Virus record (IMG/VR): IMGVR_UViG_3300031964_000019
Location: 3,140 to 67,139 of that record
DNA length: 64,000 nt
Strand: one strand, 5' to 3'
DNA from: a virus
This document shows, in pieces, positions 29,765 to 38,089 of this stretch (within the stretch, counting starts at the first letter, position 1; the number at the start of each line of letters is the position of its first letter). The notes below the pieces were generated by a model. The model did not search any database. It saw only the letters and a list, made by a program, of their open reading frames with translations, and was not told where the DNA came from. The position numbers and the translations under genes are program-made.

Positions 29765-30102
29765 CATCTCGACTTATCGTAGTGGGCGCAGCGGTGGCCA
29801 TGCTCTACGGCTGCGCGTCTGTGCCCGACACCGAAGTCATCGTAAAGCCGGAGTCATCGCGCCCGCTGTCGGCTGTGGCCGTCACCCAATGCGGACTGGC
29901 CGTGGCGCTGTTCGTCCAACTGGATGAGTCGCACATGTTGCGCGCCGACCCGCGGCAGTCCGATCTCTTCACGGCCGTCGACGGCCAACAGCGACAGAGC
30001 ACCGCGCCACCGATGGCGTGGGACAAGGCGTATCAGCTCGCCGGCTCCGCAGTTCTGTCCTCTCACGTCATTCTTCCCTGTACCGACAAACCTTCGATTT
30101 GA
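29761..30102 (+). CDS. Predicted lipoprotein
   Basis: MTSRLIVVGAAVAMLYG-C, lipobox-like (Tyr atypical); coupled to the gp7 stop. Confidence 0.55.
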   Translation: MTSRLIVVGAAVAMLYGCASVPDTEVIVKPESSRPLSAVAVTQCGLAVALFVQLDESHMLRADPRQSDLFTAVDGQQRQSTAPPMAWDKAYQLAGSAVLSSHVILPCTDKPSI

Positions 30103-30177
30103 TTGCTGAGCGGGATACCCGCCGGCAGCGTTAAAAATAACGCGACCTCTTTCCTCTCCACTTCCGGAGAAACCAAT

Positions 30178-30585
30178 ATGTTCTGGAGGAAGAAAAAGTC
30201 CTCCAAGGCGAAGGCGGCTAAAGCTGTCGCGTCGTCTTTGGAGACACGCTCCGATTTCTTGCCGATCGCGCCGCTCGCCGCCATCAATGACGTTGTGTTG
30301 TCCCGCCCCGTCTCGCGCGAACGCGCTGGCGGCATCGGCATGCAGGGCTATGCACCGAAGCTGGCCATCAGCAAGAACCGCCGCTACTGCGAGTACTGTG
30401 CCGAGCGCGTCGTTTCGGACAAGCGCCATGTGTGTTGGGGCAATGCCGAACACCATATGCACACGCTGACCGCCGAGGAGCGTGTCCGCATCATGGCTCA
30501 GCTTGCCGCAAAGCCGAAGAAGGCGACGAGAGCGCAGTTGAGGAAGCTCTACGCGTCCGACAGCGGTCCGCCGGCGGAGTATTAG
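30178..30585 (+). CDS. Hypothetical basic protein with a CxxC-x9-HxC motif
   Basis: SD GGAG; CEYCAERVVSDKRHVC. Confidence 0.65.
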   Translation: MFWRKKKSSKAKAAKAVASSLETRSDFLPIAPLAAINDVVLSRPVSRERAGGIGMQGYAPKLAISKNRRYCEYCAERVVSDKRHVCWGNAEHHMHTLTAEERVRIMAQLAAKPKKATRAQLRKLYASDSGPPAEY

Positions 30586-30588
30586 CAT

Positions 30589-30906
30589 ATGAACGACGCT
30601 GTGCCGGTATCGATCCCGATTATCTCGACCGCCGTCGGTCAGTGCACCGGCTGCGGCAGTCTGCTGTTTGCGAACGTCTTCCACATCTGTGCCGCCAACA
30701 TGCACCTGCACGAGGGCGCGATTGCACAGGAGGTGTTGAAGCAACTCCTGGTGACGAGCTACGTCGCCGCGCCTCCAGCCCCTACGACGACGGGGATCGT
30801 GACGGAGCCGCCCGCGCTGAAACAAACAGTCTCGCGAACTCACTGTGAGGTGTGTGAGCAGAGACTGGACCCGACGGCCATGCACCTCTGTGCAGGCAAT
30901 AAATAA
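30589..30906 (+). CDS. Small protein with two CxxC-x9-HxC motifs
   Basis: CTGCGSLLFANVFHIC and CEVCEQRLDPTAMHLC. Confidence 0.65.
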   Translation: MNDAVPVSIPIISTAVGQCTGCGSLLFANVFHICAANMHLHEGAIAQEVLKQLLVTSYVAAPPAPTTTGIVTEPPALKQTVSRTHCEVCEQRLDPTAMHLCAGNK

Positions 30907-30942
30907 AACGACGATTTAACTCCTCTTCCGGAGACAACAGAC

Positions 30943-32607
30943 ATGACCCATAACGTCGACACGGCGTTTGATCGAACGTTCTCAGATCCCCCTTCGGTCA
31001 CGGTGGCCGAGAATCGGACGCACTGTGAAGCCTGCGGCGCAACGCTCGACGCCTCCGTGATGCACAAATGCGCGGGGAATGCGGAGTGGAAGGTCGACAC
31101 TAATTGCGACATGTGCAACGGCACAAACCCGAATTGCGAGGCGTGCGGCGGCACGGGCGACCTACTACAAGAGGCCGCCGATGATGACAGCCCGATACTG
31201 ACCGAGCAGCAGAAATACGAAGCGATGTGGTCTCACGACCAGTACCGCGGCGTCGCCCCCGGCGAGCAGATCGCCCCCGAATTCCTCAGCGTCGCCCGCC
31301 CGCGCAACGGCGCAACGATCATCGACTTCGGCGCCGGCACCGGTCGTGGCTCGCGTGCGATTGCCATTCTCGCCAACCTCCATGGCCTCGATGTCACCAT
31401 CGAGATGCTCGACTTCGCGACCAACGCGCTCGACGACGATGTGGCCGAGCTGTGCAAGCAGGACGGCACGACCAAGCTTCGATTCACGCAGCACGACCTG
31501 ACGAAGGCCGCGCCCGTGACCGCGCCGTATGGCTTCTGTACAGACGTGCTCGAGCACATTCCCCCTGAACAGGTCGACACGGTGCTCCGGAACATTCTGC
31601 AGGCCGCACAGCACGTCTTCTTCCAGATCAGTTGCGTCGACGACTCGTGCGGGGTGTTGATCGGTCATCCGCTCCACCTGTCCGTGCACGACGGCGCCTG
31701 GTGGAAGAAGAAGTTAGAGGACCTTGGCTGCACGATTCATTTCTGGCGCGACGATGAACACTCGTGCGTGGCCTACGTCACGGCCTGGTCTGACGGTCAG
31801 GATGTCGTTGATGTCGGCGTCCTCAACATCGAGGAAGAGGCGATTCGCGCCAACGTGCGCACGAATGTCAAAGGCGGTTGGCATCAGGTCAAGCCACACG
31901 CGCCGCAGTCGACCGAGGTCATGATTGTCGGCGGTGGGCCGTCACTGGCCGGTCAGCTCGACACGATCCGCCGCATGCGGTTCGAAGGCGTCAAGCTCGT
32001 GACACTGAACGGCGCCTACAACTGGGCCATCGAGAATGGCCTCGAGGTTTCGGCGACCGTCGTCGTCGACGCGCGGCCGCACAATGCTCGTTTCACAAAG
32101 CCGGTGCAGCCGCAGACGATCTACCTGATGGGCTCGCAGGTTGATCCGTCGGTGCTCGAGGGATTGCCGAAGGAACGGACGCTGCTGTGGCACACGACGG
32201 CGGAAGCGATCCGCGACATCCTGGAAGAGGAATGCCCTGGCGAATGGTTCGGCGTGCCGGGCGGTTCAACGGTGTTGCTGCGGGCGATTCCGTTGCTGCG
32301 GATGCTGGGGTTCTCTAAGTTTCATTTGTTTGGGTGTGATTCGTGTGTGGTCGCGGATGCGCATCACGCCTACGCGCAGCCAGAGAACGACGGAACGCCG
32401 CTGTTCCCCGCAACGGTGGGCGGTAGGCTATTCCATTGCACCGCATGGCAAGTGGCGCAGGCGCAGGAGTTCATGAACTTGATCCGCATCATGGGCGACA
32501 TGTTCGAACTTGAGATGCACGGCGACGGACTGCTGTCATGGATCATCCAACACGGCGCCCAAGTCGATATCGATTTGGAAGAGGCGCGCGAGGTGTCGGA
32601 GAAATGA
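30943..32607 (+). CDS. Zn-finger / class I SAM methyltransferase / DUF115 (Maf/MptE-like) fusion
   Basis: IIDFGAGTG...MLDFA...FCTDVLEHIP (MTase); IVGGGPSL...TLNGA...VVVDAR...GGSTV...GFSKFHLFGCDS (DUF115-like Rossmann fold). Confidence 0.75.
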   Translation: MTHNVDTAFDRTFSDPPSVTVAENRTHCEACGATLDASVMHKCAGNAEWKVDTNCDMCNGTNPNCEACGGTGDLLQEAADDDSPILTEQQKYEAMWSHDQYRGVAPGEQIAPEFLSVARPRNGATIIDFGAGTGRGSRAIAILANLHGLDVTIEMLDFATNALDDDVAELCKQDGTTKLRFTQHDLTKAAPVTAPYGFCTDVLEHIPPEQVDTVLRNILQAAQHVFFQISCVDDSCGVLIGHPLHLSVHDGAWWKKKLEDLGCTIHFWRDDEHSCVAYVTAWSDGQDVVDVGVLNIEEEAIRANVRTNVKGGWHQVKPHAPQSTEVMIVGGGPSLAGQLDTIRRMRFEGVKLVTLNGAYNWAIENGLEVSATVVVDARPHNARFTKPVQPQTIYLMGSQVDPSVLEGLPKERTLLWHTTAEAIRDILEEECPGEWFGVPGGSTVLLRAIPLLRMLGFSKFHLFGCDSCVVADAHHAYAQPENDGTPLFPATVGGRLFHCTAWQVAQAQEFMNLIRIMGDMFELEMHGDGLLSWIIQHGAQVDIDLEEAREVSEK

Positions 32608-32816
32608 GCGAGGCTCAATACCGTTGTCTCGTCGCTTATATGATGTATTGGAGCGAGTGGGAGGGATGCTCACTCGACCGCGCAATCAAAGAAATTGGCA
32701 TAGTGATTTCGCGAGAGGACGTCATCCATGAACTCTTCCGCGCCGGCTATGACTACGACCCCCAACTGGACAGAATCCGCAACACGCAAGACGGTCCAGA
32801 AGACCCTAGTCGCTGA
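32604..32816 (+). CDS. Hypothetical protein
   Basis: ATGA-coupled 70-aa ORF. Confidence 0.5.
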   Translation: MSEAQYRCLVAYMMYWSEWEGCSLDRAIKEIGIVISREDVIHELFRAGYDYDPQLDRIRNTQDGPEDPSR

Positions 32817-32839
32817 CTGATCCCACAGGAGCCTGACCG

Positions 32840-33457
32840 ATGGCCGATACCCCGATCCAACCTGCTAGCGGCTCTCTCGCCGCCAACGGTATCGCGCTCG
32901 CGCTCGCCTTGAGTTTGGTGATCACGCCCGTCGCCGGGAGTCTGTCAGCGACCGCCACGGCGGGCGTGGTCTCCCAGGCGACCTCGACAGCCATCACGCC
33001 GACCGTCGGGTCAGTAACCCTGGCAGGGGTCGCGCCGGGGTTCTCGAAACCAACTGTCACTGCGATGGTGCCGACCGTCGGTGCCGTCGCGTTGAGTGGG
33101 GTGGCGTCTACGCTCGCCCAAGCCATCGGTGCAGTATCGAACTTCGACAGTGTCGATCAAGGCATTGTCACCTGGTCGGGCATCGCCAACGGGCAGGTTG
33201 GCACCCGCGTTCCGCCGGCTCCAGCCTATGGAAAGGTCAGCCTACAGGTCACCGGAACCTTTGGAAGCGGCGGCTCCATCAAGCTCGAAGGCAGTAACGA
33301 CGGCATCAACTGGGCCGCATTGAGCCCCGCCGCTCTCACCGGCGCGGGCTTCTTTGCTGCCCTTGGCGCGAACGAGAAGCCGCGGTATCTGCGGCCTAAC
33401 TGCACGGCGGGGGATTCGACCACGGCGCTGACGGTAGTCGCGTGGTTTTCGAGCTGA
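32840..33457 (+). CDS. Repeat-fibre protein 1: P-x-x-G-x-x-x-L-x-G-x-A-P repeats plus a C-terminal small beta-sandwich
   Basis: About five repeats, then VSLQVTGTFGSGGSIKLEGSNDGINW...PRYLRP. Confidence 0.65.
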   Translation: MADTPIQPASGSLAANGIALALALSLVITPVAGSLSATATAGVVSQATSTAITPTVGSVTLAGVAPGFSKPTVTAMVPTVGAVALSGVASTLAQAIGAVSNFDSVDQGIVTWSGIANGQVGTRVPPAPAYGKVSLQVTGTFGSGGSIKLEGSNDGINWAALSPAALTGAGFFAALGANEKPRYLRPNCTAGDSTTALTVVAWFSS

Positions 33458-33462
33458 GTCGA

Positions 33463-33520
33463 TGTTAGAATAAGCGGGCGCCCAGGGTGTTATCAGCACT
33501 CCGAGCGCCCTGACCACCGT
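33463..33520 (+). promoter_or_regulatory. Extended -10 promoter plus hairpin upstream of a nuclease gene
   Basis: TG-T-TAGAAT, then GGGCG-CCCA-GGGTG-TTATCAG-CACTC-CGAG-CGCCC-TGACCAC. Confidence 0.6.
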
Positions 33521-33542
33521 CTACCTTTCACAGAGGTTTCAG

Positions 33543-34154
33543 ATGGCTATCGACGAGTCTAGCAAGCCGGGCCAGCTTGCGCTATTTGACCGGTCCGCCC
33601 CTTCTAAAGCGCCGCGGAAGCATTCCGACGAGACGCGCGCCAAAATGTCTGCGTCGCACACGGGCCGCCGCAATACGCCCGAACACAACGCCAATATCGC
33701 GAAAGCCCGAACGGGGACCACGCGTCTACCTTCGACCGTGGAGAAGATGCGCAAAGCCTCGACGGGCAAGAAGATGTCTCCGTGGTTCAAGGAGGAACTC
33801 CGCCGCAGATTCAGCGGACCAGAAAATCCGTCTTTCGGGAAGACGCCCGTCCATGCGGGTCCGCGCGGTCGATGGATTGAATATCGCGGAATCAACTTCA
33901 GGTCCAGTTATGAAGTGCGCTTCGCCAAGGCGTTAGATGCGCGCGGCTGGCCTTGGGAGTATGAGCCCGAGCGATTCAACTTAGGGCCGTGTACCTACCT
34001 ACCAGACTTCTTCGTGCCTAAGCTGGCGGCATATGTTGAGGTCAAGGGTTGGATGGATCCGCAAAGTAAGAGAAGAATTAATTTATTTCGGGAAGTGCAT
34101 CCGAAGTTGCCATTGATTGTGGCGACTGATCAGATCATCCGAATGTTCGAATAA
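33543..34154 (+). CDS. NUMOD3-containing PD-(D/E)XK endonuclease
   Basis: HSDETRAKMSASHTG repeats; FRSSYE...WEYEP...YLPDF...YVEVKG. Confidence 0.8.
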   Translation: MAIDESSKPGQLALFDRSAPSKAPRKHSDETRAKMSASHTGRRNTPEHNANIAKARTGTTRLPSTVEKMRKASTGKKMSPWFKEELRRRFSGPENPSFGKTPVHAGPRGRWIEYRGINFRSSYEVRFAKALDARGWPWEYEPERFNLGPCTYLPDFFVPKLAAYVEVKGWMDPQSKRRINLFREVHPKLPLIVATDQIIRMFE

Positions 34155-34177
34155 CTCGAACGCTCGGAATGTCGATA

Positions 34178-34206
34178 GAAGGGCCGCCTTAGAGCGGCCC
34201 TTTTTT
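34178..34206 (+). terminator. Intrinsic terminator
   Basis: GGGCCGC-CTTAGA-GCGGCCC-TTTTTT. Confidence 0.85.
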
Positions 34207-34261
34207 ATTCCCCCGGCGCTCAAGCGCAATTCCACATCATCCACTAGTTGGAGAGTTCGTC

Positions 34262-34867
34262 ATGTCTGAAATGAAGTCGGCGTCACGCCGTATCTATTCG
34301 AAGGGCGTCTGGCAGATGACGCCGACCGGCTACGAGTTCCTGCCCGAAGAGTCGGAGTATTTCGACTATTCTGGCCCCGTAGCTGAGGCCGCCGCGGGCG
34401 CGTGGAAGATATACACCAGGGCCAAAAGAACCATCGGGAGTGGCTCGGGGACGATCACGTTAGGTGCGGGCGTTTTCAAACTCGCACTCTGCCGCACGAG
34501 CGCCTCCGCAACGATCCTGAAGATCAGCAACGGTGGCATCTCCACCTGGGCCTCTGTTGGAAGCGAGATTTCGGCCACGGGCGGCTACGCGGCGAACGGT
34601 CGCAACCTCCCGCCTGCCACCGGCAAGTGGACGGTGGGGGCATCCACAAAACAAATGAAGTTCAGTTATACCACCGCCGGTCTCGTGTTCACGGCCAACG
34701 GTGCGAACCTGAACAACATCCGCTACGCGGTGATTCGCAACTCGACGGGCGCTGGCGCGGGCAAGGTGATTTGCTACTGCACGCTGTCGACGGCGGCGTT
34801 CACGATCACATCCCCCAACACCTTGACGATCAGCCCAGCCGCAACTGGGGTCTTCACGATGGCCTAG
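34262..34867 (+). CDS. Virion-associated beta-rich protein (possible fibre base) with an N-terminal leader-like extension
   Basis: AAGAWKIY...FKLAL...EISATGGY.ANG...RYAVI...ICY..L pattern, as I recall from uncharacterised phage fibre-module proteins. Confidence 0.55.
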   Translation: MSEMKSASRRIYSKGVWQMTPTGYEFLPEESEYFDYSGPVAEAAAGAWKIYTRAKRTIGSGSGTITLGAGVFKLALCRTSASATILKISNGGISTWASVGSEISATGGYAANGRNLPPATGKWTVGASTKQMKFSYTTAGLVFTANGANLNNIRYAVIRNSTGAGAGKVICYCTLSTAAFTITSPNTLTISPAATGVFTMA

Positions 34868-34906
34868 ACCGTAAGGGTATTAGTTCGAGTGATAGTGAAT
34901 CGGGAG

Positions 34907-34928
34907 CCGGCCTTGTGCCGGTTTTTTT
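34907..34928 (+). terminator. Intrinsic terminator-like hairpin
   Basis: CCGGC-CTTGT-GCCGG-T7; near-identical to the one at 43057. Confidence 0.7.
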
Positions 34929-34953
34929 ATGTCTGCGCGTCGGGCTGGGAGAG

Positions 34954-37900
34954 ATGACAAACATCATTTTCAGCCCGACGCTGCAGGCACCGATAGTCTT
35001 ATCGAATCCCACAGGCTCGCTAGCCCTAGCCAGCGATCCCAGCGCCAGCATCCACCAGGCGAACCCCATCCCTAACCAGGGCGCGGTGGCGTTGGTCGGC
35101 GCCGCAGTGCGTCTCTCGCTCGCCATCGCCACCGTGAGTGGTGCTGCGTCGGTTTCAGGCGTGACCCCCGGCGTCATCCGGGGCACCGTCACGCATCCGG
35201 CAGTCGTCACCGGTGCACTGGCCGCCAGCGGTGGTGCGCCCATTGTCGCGACCTCGATCAGCGCGCCACAACTGACCTACCCGCGCGTCATGCTCATTGG
35301 CGACGGCGGTGATCAGAGCTACGGCTGTAATGCCGCCAACAGTTTCACACCCTGGCTGACGGCAGCCGCGGGCAACACCTCGCAGACCTTTATCCAACAG
35401 GTCGGCGCCTGGGATGTGTGGATCGGGTCCGGGGTCAATGAGACCGGCCCTACGACCGACTGGACCGACAGCGCCGCGCGCGACCGCGACAACCTCGCAC
35501 GGGCGTTGCTGAAGCAGTCCACGACCTACACGGTCAAACTGAACAACTCGCGACCGACGCTGTACTTCCCCTACCACATCATGGGTCAGGGCGAGACGGC
35601 GAGCGGCGGGGGCGGCTACCAGCAGTACATCACCCAGGTCGTCGACATGGACGGCTGGCTGTTCTCGTTGGCGGGCGGCGCCGGCACGATCACCCCGGCT
35701 TCCGACACCGGCAACCTGATCAATTACTCGGCGGCGTACCAGGCTGTCATCGGTAACGCACAGCCGGGCCAGAGCATCGTCGGCTCGAACTACGGCACGA
35801 CTAGCACCGGCAGTCCCACGGGGGCCCAGGGCATCGCGCGTACGAGCGGCAACTATGCCGCCATCAAACTCCTGATGCGCGGCTACACCGGGGACTCGCG
35901 CTTCAGCTTCACGCTCCAGATGGGCTCGGTGAACTGCGCGGGCGTGTTCCTCGACGACGCCTTCTGCGCACTCGACGGCAACGGCGCGGTCGCCAACTCC
36001 TCACTGGACGGCGTGACGATTGCGCCGGGCAGCCAGCAGGGCGGCGGCTATCCGGGTCTCGACACCGTGCAGGTCGTGATGGCGCATGGCAACCACAACT
36101 TCTTCGACCAGATGCAGATCATGGTCACGACGTTGGGGACCGGCAACTTCTACAACTTCGCAAACTTCGGTCAGTACGCCAACAACTATCAGTTCGGCAC
36201 CGCGCCGCTGACGGCCGGCTGGTCCAATCTGAATGGCGGCTTGATCGAAGCAGCCATCGGGGATGGCGCAGCCTCCTGGGAGTATTTCCAGACGGCGGGC
36301 GTGAATCCGTCGGGCTGGCCTGCGGTCCGCACGAACTACTACCAGGGCATGGCGTTTTGCGTGGCTCCCGCCTGGTGGAATGCCGCGACTATGGGGACGT
36401 ACGAGCCGCTGGTGGGCTTAGGGACCATGTTGCCCGCCACCGATGGCAGTTCGACAGCGTCCTTCGCGGTTAACGGCACGCTCACCTCAGTGACAGCCGG
36501 CACGGCGCTCGAGTATCAACTCATGCGCTACGGCCTGTGCACTGCGCTACTCCACAACGGTTTGGCTGCTTTCGGCGTCAGTGGCTACAACTACGCGCTG
36601 ACCCGCTGGTACGACGAATTCGGTGACGACTCGCTCACGCAGGTCAACGTCAAGCGCGGCTACCTCGGCGTCCCGACGTCCAACCCGCCCACGGCCGCCA
36701 CCTGGGCTCAGGGCCCGCTAGGCGTGTGGTCACGTACGTGGACCAACGGACTGTCGATCGTCAATCCGCGCGGCAACGGTTCGCAGACCGTGGCGCTCAG
36801 CGGAACGTATCAGAAACTGCAGGGTACTCAGCAGTCCTCGATCAACAATGGCGCCTACGTCACCAGCGTTACGCTCGGTGACGGGGACGGGATCATTGTG
36901 TTGGGTCCGAAGACGGCCGCGACGCTTGCGATCACGACCACCAGTTTGCCTGCGGCGACAGTAGGAGCCGCCTACAGCGCCACGATGGCCGCGACAGGCG
37001 GATTCCCTCCGTATGCATGGTCGGCCACCATCACGCCTAACGCCGGCTCGCAGTTCTCGATGTCGACCGGAGGGGTACTGAGCGGCACGCCTGGCACGGC
37101 GGAGAATGAATCCTGCGTCGCCAAAGTCACGGATGCCGCGAACAACTCCGCCACGGTCACCCTGGGTTTTTCGGTAGCTACCGCGAGTTCGTTCGCGCCG
37201 AATCGGCCGGCAGGGCTCACCACTCTGTTCGATCGCACGTTCGCGCCCGCGGACCTATTGTCCGGTGGCGCCCAGGATCAGTATGGGCTGCTGTGGTTTG
37301 TCTCCTCGTCCGGCAACCAAGCTAAGACGCCTATCATTGCGACCCCTGCGAGTTTGAGTTCCACCATCGGGGAAACGATCAACGCCCCGCCTGACGGAAA
37401 CCCAACGGCCCTAGCCGTCGTATACCCGGCGAGTTACCCCATCGGTAATACGCCTTTCCAGCTCAACTGGAAGAACAATAACAGCCTGACCTACAAACAG
37501 ATGTATGTCTGCATGTGGGTATGTATGCCGAAGGGCTTCAGCTCCAACAGCAACAACATAAAACTGATGGGCATTTCGCAGAACGGTGGTGCGAATCACA
37601 TTGCGATGCTGTCGTCCAACGGCTCCGGCACCGTATCCTCATCCGGCAGCGGCAAAGACTATCGCGGTCCATGGCTCAGCCTTCAGGGAACCGGCTCCGG
37701 GGACAATTACGGCGGCGAAGGCAGCGTCGGGGGAGCCGTCACTCAGCTATCGTCGACCGCATTCAACCCCACCGGGAGCAACGCAGTCGGTTGGTGGACG
37801 GCGATGTACAACGGCTCGACCGCCTATGCACTCGCCAACAAGTACAACGGCTGGCACCTGTGCGAGTGGCTGTTCACGCTTGAAACCGCAGGGGGCGCCG

Positions 37901-38088
37901 GCAACGGCGTCTTCCAAAGCTGGGTGGACGGTGTGCTGATCAACGAGTGGACCAACGTGAATTACGGGGTCTCCTCCGGGGTGAACTTCGACATCTGGTC
38001 CTTCATCCCGTATTACGGCGGCGGTGGCAGCCCGTCTCCTGCGATCGAATATCTCCTTTTCAGCCGCATGCAGGTCGCAGGAGCCTGA
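34954..38088 (+). CDS. Repeat-fibre protein 2 (1044 aa): repeats, putative glycoside-hydrolase barrel, Ig (He_PIG-like) domain, polysaccharide-lyase/ConA-like domain
   Basis: LMRYGL...WYDEF...GVWSRTWTNGLSIVNP (GHL15-like); LAITTTSLPAATVGAAYS...TGG.PPYAW...GVLSGTP (He_PIG-like); GWHLCEW...WVDG...YYGGG. SD GGGAGAG before ATG 34954. Confidence 0.65.
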   Translation: MTNIIFSPTLQAPIVLSNPTGSLALASDPSASIHQANPIPNQGAVALVGAAVRLSLAIATVSGAASVSGVTPGVIRGTVTHPAVVTGALAASGGAPIVATSISAPQLTYPRVMLIGDGGDQSYGCNAANSFTPWLTAAAGNTSQTFIQQVGAWDVWIGSGVNETGPTTDWTDSAARDRDNLARALLKQSTTYTVKLNNSRPTLYFPYHIMGQGETASGGGGYQQYITQVVDMDGWLFSLAGGAGTITPASDTGNLINYSAAYQAVIGNAQPGQSIVGSNYGTTSTGSPTGAQGIARTSGNYAAIKLLMRGYTGDSRFSFTLQMGSVNCAGVFLDDAFCALDGNGAVANSSLDGVTIAPGSQQGGGYPGLDTVQVVMAHGNHNFFDQMQIMVTTLGTGNFYNFANFGQYANNYQFGTAPLTAGWSNLNGGLIEAAIGDGAASWEYFQTAGVNPSGWPAVRTNYYQGMAFCVAPAWWNAATMGTYEPLVGLGTMLPATDGSSTASFAVNGTLTSVTAGTALEYQLMRYGLCTALLHNGLAAFGVSGYNYALTRWYDEFGDDSLTQVNVKRGYLGVPTSNPPTAATWAQGPLGVWSRTWTNGLSIVNPRGNGSQTVALSGTYQKLQGTQQSSINNGAYVTSVTLGDGDGIIVLGPKTAATLAITTTSLPAATVGAAYSATMAATGGFPPYAWSATITPNAGSQFSMSTGGVLSGTPGTAENESCVAKVTDAANNSATVTLGFSVATASSFAPNRPAGLTTLFDRTFAPADLLSGGAQDQYGLLWFVSSSGNQAKTPIIATPASLSSTIGETINAPPDGNPTALAVVYPASYPIGNTPFQLNWKNNNSLTYKQMYVCMWVCMPKGFSSNSNNIKLMGISQNGGANHIAMLSSNGSGTVSSSGSGKDYRGPWLSLQGTGSGDNYGGEGSVGGAVTQLSSTAFNPTGSNAVGWWTAMYNGSTAYALANKYNGWHLCEWLFTLETAGGAGNGVFQSWVDGVLINEWTNVNYGVSSGVNFDIWSFIPYYGGGGSPSPAIEYLLFSRMQVAGA

Positions 38089-38089
38089 A

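Noticed and set aside
34402-34953. 1228-aa ORF call, or a frameshift fusion of 34262 to fibre 2
   Set aside because: The extension is the -1 frame of the 34262 gene, which is stop-poor in GC3-rich DNA. It crosses a terminator, I found no slippery heptamer, and ATG 34954 has its own SD.
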